DNA from: Haliotis cracherodii
Taxonomy: Eukaryota
Assembly (NCBI RefSeq): GCF_022045235.1
Contig: NW_027266264.1
Span: 38,006,001-38,070,000, forward strand
Length of the DNA stretch: 64,000 bases
Reading direction: 5' to 3'
The notes under the pieces are model-generated. The model did no database searches. It was not told the DNA's origin and saw only the letters and a program-made list of their open reading frames with translations. A program made the position numbers and the translations under genes. Of this stretch, positions 61,143 to 64,000 are shown piece by piece. Each line of letters opens with the position of its first letter. Position 1 is the first letter of the stretch.

Positions 61143-61220
61143 GACGTTTCGGTACAGATCCTTATACCATTGTCAGGGTATAAGGTACAACGGTATAAGG
61201 ATCTATGCCGAAGCATCGTC
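61143..61220. ncRNA. Inverted pair of hammerhead-like motifs
   Basis: Minus: CTGACAA-T-GGTATA(aggatc)TGTACC-GAAAC-GTC; plus: degenerate ACAA-C-GGTATAAGGATCTATGCC-GAAGC-ATC. Confidence 0.4.
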
Positions 61221-61421
61221 TTTAACGTCAACCTCTAAGGAAGCCTATCAAACAAAACAAATGATTTTTGTGTTTTTGCGTTCACTGTGACAGTATCTGC
61301 AACTTTGATAAGTTAATGATTTTCCTAAACGTCGATATATTTCGCACGAAAGGTAGTCGATTTTCAACACTATAATGAAACTGCTGAGATGTAATAATTC
61401 ACAACAAATATTTCTTTTCAT

Positions 61422-61782
61422 GGCATTACATATCCATTCATTTCGTCTTGTACTTTCCAGGGGTTTTCCAGTTTTCATGTTGCTTCCCCTCGTGTCATTT
61501 CGGAGTTTCCAACGAGACTCCAAAAATGTATATGTTAGTTTGGAAGACGTCTTGACAAAGAACAAATGCTTTTCTGGCACAAGACTCTCGTTGTTAGCAA
61601 GAAGTTTTCCAACGTCGCAAGAACACATCCCTATGTCCCCTTAAATCATGTATGATTCTTACTCACGATTGAGTTAAAGGGCAATAAACAAAAGACTCTA
61701 GTCTCATTCTAATTCTGGTGAGTTTACAAACCTGTATACTATACGGAATTGCAACACAACAGAATGCGTTCAACAGACACAT
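61422..61782 (-). pseudogene. Truncated pseudogene copy of paralog 2 (55805-57022)
   Basis: ATG at 61782; TGA replaces a Cys codon (TQS*); frameshift after RGHR; near-identical LLANNESLVPEKHLFF...RRNEWIC then homology ends; upstream flank also homologous to 57023-57125. Confidence 0.9.
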
Positions 61783-62009
61783 TCTTCAAAGCAGTGAAAA
61801 CAGTATGTCGATGATGAATCAAACACTATTTTCTGAGGTGTAATTGTACTCAACCAAACATGATACAGCCAAGTGAAAAGGACACGTGACACATGCATAT
61901 AATGTTTTTAAAAGCTTAAAATTCCAACAAGAAAATACGAGGAGTGATATGCTCCTCTCCATTACCCACAATATCAAACATTGATGTTCTTGACAAATTG
62001 AATCGTGCA

Positions 62010-62176
62010 CACCATTATTCACGCCCCCCCCCCCCCCCTCCCCCACACACACACACACATATATAAGTTAAGCCCAGTTGTTTCAATAGAATCTAATCTC
62101 TGTATTCAGGATTCTCCCCTTCCAAACTTCAAGGAAGTCTGCATGAAAATAGTTCATTTTCGTGCACACCATTATT

Positions 62177-62250
<74 letters not shown>

Positions 62251-62475
62251 AAGCCAAATTGTTTCAATAGAATTTAATCTCTGTATTCAGAACTGCCCCC
62301 TTCCAAACTTCAAGGAAGTCTGCATGAAATAGTTCATTTTCGTGCACACCATTATTCACACACATATATATATATATATAATTTAAGCCAAATTGTTTCA
62401 ATAGAATTTAATCTCTGTATTCAGGACTGCTCCCTTCCAAACTTCAAGGAAGTTGCATGAAAATAGTCCATCTTA
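62010..62475. repeat. Tandem repeat of a ~110-170 bp unit carrying variable (AT)n/(CA)n
   Basis: cgtgcacaccattattcac...aagcc..ttgtttcaatagaat.taatctctgtattcag...ccttccaaacttcaaggaagt repeated 3 times. Confidence 0.9.
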
Positions 62476-64000
62476 TGATTAATTCTTTTGCATTTTGCAT
62501 ACGTACTTATAGAATGATTTGTAAATAGAGATGCTTCAGTAGACGTAATTCATTGCTGCCCTTACCGTAATTACAATACAGTCTTTAGTGAAATAACACT
62601 CAGTATTTTACTGAGGAGCTCATTAAATTCGGTATGCACCTGTATACATCATTATAAGGAATCTACAGTACATATTGTTTCAATTGCCAGGGACTGCTTA
62701 TCAGCCACATTCTCACAAATATGTTTCACACTTGCCGCATACACGTAAATACAATGCTTGAGAAAAATCACATTTTGATTTACTAAATGTAGTGTATGCT
62801 TGCAATGGATCGACCTGTTGCGAACATTGCAGGACGTCTGAACGATACCAGATCAACACTCGTTAGGTTAGTGAACTAAAAGCAACAGCAACCCCGGATA
62901 GTCGTCTTTACGATGATATGTCACGCTTCTATATCCGCACAACAACGTTCTGACAACTCTCTGACAACCATCATGGTCGTCTAAGAGTTTACTGAAGAGA
63001 TGAACATCTTTATGAGATTTATATCTAAACGACCCAGTGATATATCAAATGGATTCTGCCTGTGTGTAACGTAACACAGTACGCGACAATTATTTGCTAT
63101 ACACGGGGAAGATCGATTTTCCGTCATGGTGTCAAAAGACAATAGCGGTAGACACATGCACACAAGAAGGGCAATAACTCCTCCATGCTTACTGCTAGAC
63201 CGTCGTAGCTGAGATGTTCTGTTAAGAATTTGCTTGGGATTACCCCAGCGTTTTTCCGTATTGTTTTACTCACTATTAACCAACATAGTCCAAAACAAAT
63301 ATCGATATTGAAACAAAATACATTTACTATAGGTAAATATTGACCATATTACATATCAAATAAACTAATAACGAAAGGGATAACCCCATGCAACCAATAA
63401 ATTAGCATATATAGTCTCACATTCACTTGATTGGGTAACTCAACTCTCGTTGCGCCATTATTAATGCAGTACTATTCGTATCTTAAATGTTATGAATTAA
63501 AGGATATATAACACATTTAACGCTTTTTCCACACAAATAAAACAAGTATTTCTATCATGTAAATGGTACGAGAAAAGAGAAACAAATGGAAGGAGTTCGT
63601 TCACGTTTACTGGACATGACGCAAGTTAGGAGGCGTCAAATTTACATAAATCAAATACTCAAATATATACATACAATTCTTATGGAAATAAAGTAAACAG
63701 TTAAATATCCTGTAAATTTACTAATTAAAAAAATGTGAAATGTGGTTAGATTATACCAACGAGACGATTAATTTGTAAATCGTTTGTGACTAAACGCACA
63801 CCTGTATTCCTTGAGTCAATCGACCAAAAACAGCTCTATAAACATACTCCTCCGTTATTTGTGCATATTTATTCAATACACAAATTATAAATTATTCTGT
63901 CGTAATATTTTCAGTTTCAGTTTATCCGATAAAATTAAATGAAGTTCAAGAACGAATATTACTCTCCAAAGGAAATACAACACTTTGCACTTAGATTTAC

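Noticed and set aside
62981-63200. Short minus-strand frame with a hydrophobic Cys-rich start, possible further paralog
   Set aside because: No in-frame ATG leader, early stop, no convincing similarity

Overview
Eukaryotic (animal) genomic DNA, repeat-rich. The SINE, MITE and minisatellite content suggests a mollusc, possibly an abalone-like gastropod (inference only). Contents: (1) the last five coding exons of DNAAF4/DYX1C1 on + (3105-11909), including a U12-type minor intron and a structurally complete but coding-defective 6.3-kb DIRS1 tyrosine-recombinase retrotransposon (ITRs plus ICR) in one intron; (2) a decayed Mutator/MULE transposon with an 8-bp TSD; (3) a complete 12-coding-exon monofunctional peptidylglycine alpha-hydroxylating monooxygenase (PHM) gene on - (23692-33373, 360 aa); (4) a cluster of intronless-ORF, apparently secreted ~400-aa proteins I cannot assign to a named family (Cys-rich PAN-like N-terminus plus propeller-like body): two intact ORFs, one pseudogene and one possible distant fragment; (5) Penelope-like RT remnants, hammerhead-like motifs, an I/Nimb-type LINE 3' end, several SINE families, MITEs, a Helentron-associated-type element, many minisatellites and one assembly gap. 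Most unusual observations: three independent minisatellites built from real splice sites, a SINE-like family with a precise non-tRNA structured 5' head, and the unassigned secreted-protein cluster. All coordinates were read by hand; repeat boundaries are approximate.
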